A DNA stretch of 64,000 nucleotides, taken from positions 192,001-256,000 of the forward strand of contig CAXXUA010000005.1 of NCBI GenBank assembly GCA_963663765.2. The letters run 5' to 3'. The notes beneath the pieces were generated by a model. That model saw only the letters and a list, made by a program, of their open reading frames with translations. It made no database searches and had not been told where the DNA came from. Shown in pieces: positions 62,963-64,000 of this stretch; position 1 is the first letter of the stretch; each line of letters opens with the position of its first letter. This stretch comes from Candidatus Poribacteria bacterium (GTDB lineage: Bacteria > Poribacteria > WGA-4E > WGA-3G). A program made the translations under genes and the position numbers.

Positions 62963-64000
62963 ATGAAAAACGATAAGAAATCTATTTTCGGTTGGTGCAT
63001 GTATGATTGGGCAAATTCTGCCTATATTACTACTGTCCATGCTGCATTGCTACCCATATATTTTAAGGAAGGAATTGTTGGGGATAGGGGAGTTACTATT
63101 TTAGGACTAGAGTTTGAGGCAACAGAGTTATGGGGGTATATGGTCGGAAGTGCTGCACTGATTGTTTTTCTCTTTGCTCCTGTACTTGGTTCTGTCGCTG
63201 ATTTTTCCTCAGCAAAAAAAAGGTTTCTTATAGGGTTTGCATATTTTGGGAGTCTGTTTGCCACCTTACTCTTTATCTGTAATCCTGGAGATCTGTGGTT
63301 GACTATTGTGCTTTATATCAGTTCACAGGTCTGTTTTGTTGGTGGTAATGTCTTCTATGATTCATTTCTACCACACATTGCTTCTGAAGATAAACTGGAT
63401 TCTATTTCTGCAAGAGGGTATGCATTTGGTTATGTAGGGGGTTCACTACAATTTGGTCTTTCACTAATTTTCGTCACTATGCACGACACGTTTGGGATTA
63501 GCCAAACGATGGCTGTGCGTATCTGCATGGCAATGACAGGAATCTGGTGGGCAGGTTGGACGATAATTCCTCTAATACTATTAAGAGAGGACAGAACAAC
63601 TCAACTGCTTCCTGAAGCATACCAGAATCGACCAAGAATCTTCGCATATCTTTCCGTCGGTATCAACCGTACAATTGCCACTGCAAAAAAGGTTGGTCAT
63701 TTCAAACATCTCTCTCTATTTGTTATTGCTTACATGGTGTATAATGATGGTGCACATACTGTTACAAGTATGGCAGCAATCTATGGCAAAGGTGAATTAG
63801 GACTAGAAAGCACTCAACTTATGATTACACTGCTACTTGTTCAAGTTGTTGCGATCGGAGGTGCGTTGATCTTTGGGGTACTTGCTAAACGTATCGGTAC
63901 AAAACAAGCAGTAATGTTTTCATTAGTGCTATGGAGCGGTGTTGTGATTTATGGATATTTTATCCATTCAGCAACCGAATTCTTTATATTGGGAATGGTG
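62963..64000 (+). CDS. MFS transporter, UMF1/ATG22-like (runs off the window)
   Basis: Manual translation MKNDKKSIFGWCMYDWANSAY..., APVLGSVAD and GYAFGYVGG motifs; GGAG RBS. Confidence 0.9.
   Translation, partial: MKNDKKSIFGWCMYDWANSAYITTVHAALLPIYFKEGIVGDRGVTILGLEFEATELWGYMVGSAALIVFLFAPVLGSVADFSSAKKRFLIGFAYFGSLFATLLFICNPGDLWLTIVLYISSQVCFVGGNVFYDSFLPHIASEDKLDSISARGYAFGYVGGSLQFGLSLIFVTMHDTFGISQTMAVRICMAMTGIWWAGWTIIPLILLREDRTTQLLPEAYQNRPRIFAYLSVGINRTIATAKKVGHFKHLSLFVIAYMVYNDGAHTVTSMAAIYGKGELGLESTQLMITLLLVQVVAIGGALIFGVLAKRIGTKQAVMFSLVLWSGVVIYGYFIHSATEFFILGMV

Overview
AT-rich (about 40% GC by eye) chromosomal window from a diderm bacterium, most likely Candidatus Poribacteria. That call is inferred from the C-terminal V-D-P-K-G-K-L-A-T-x-W-G motif, the PhyH/sulfatase paralogs and the repeat-rich intergenic DNA. 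It carries housekeeping blocks: lnt-prfB (programmed +1 frameshift), lysS, lolE-lolD-ilvE-bamA-skp-lpxD, groES-groEL (sigma54-type promoter), pheST (Phe T-box), infC-rpmI-rplT, a TPP-riboswitch thiamine operon, purB and katG. Accessory genes lie between them: an orphan, triply disrupted phage terminase large subunit with an unusual ~250-aa N-terminal extension; a Uma2 nuclease; an Rpn (YhgA-like) nuclease whose 3' third, the predicted intragenic antitoxin, is tandemly duplicated as a standalone gene; two orphan DNA methyltransferases around a sulfatase/maturase pair; a HEPN/MNT toxin-antitoxin pair inside the thi operon; and a phage-type lipoprotein. Intergenic DNA holds several families of MITE/REP-like elements, including a ~35-nt hairpin that is inserted without target duplication into other repeats and into itself. 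No rRNA, tRNA, bona fide CRISPR array or autonomous transposase was seen.
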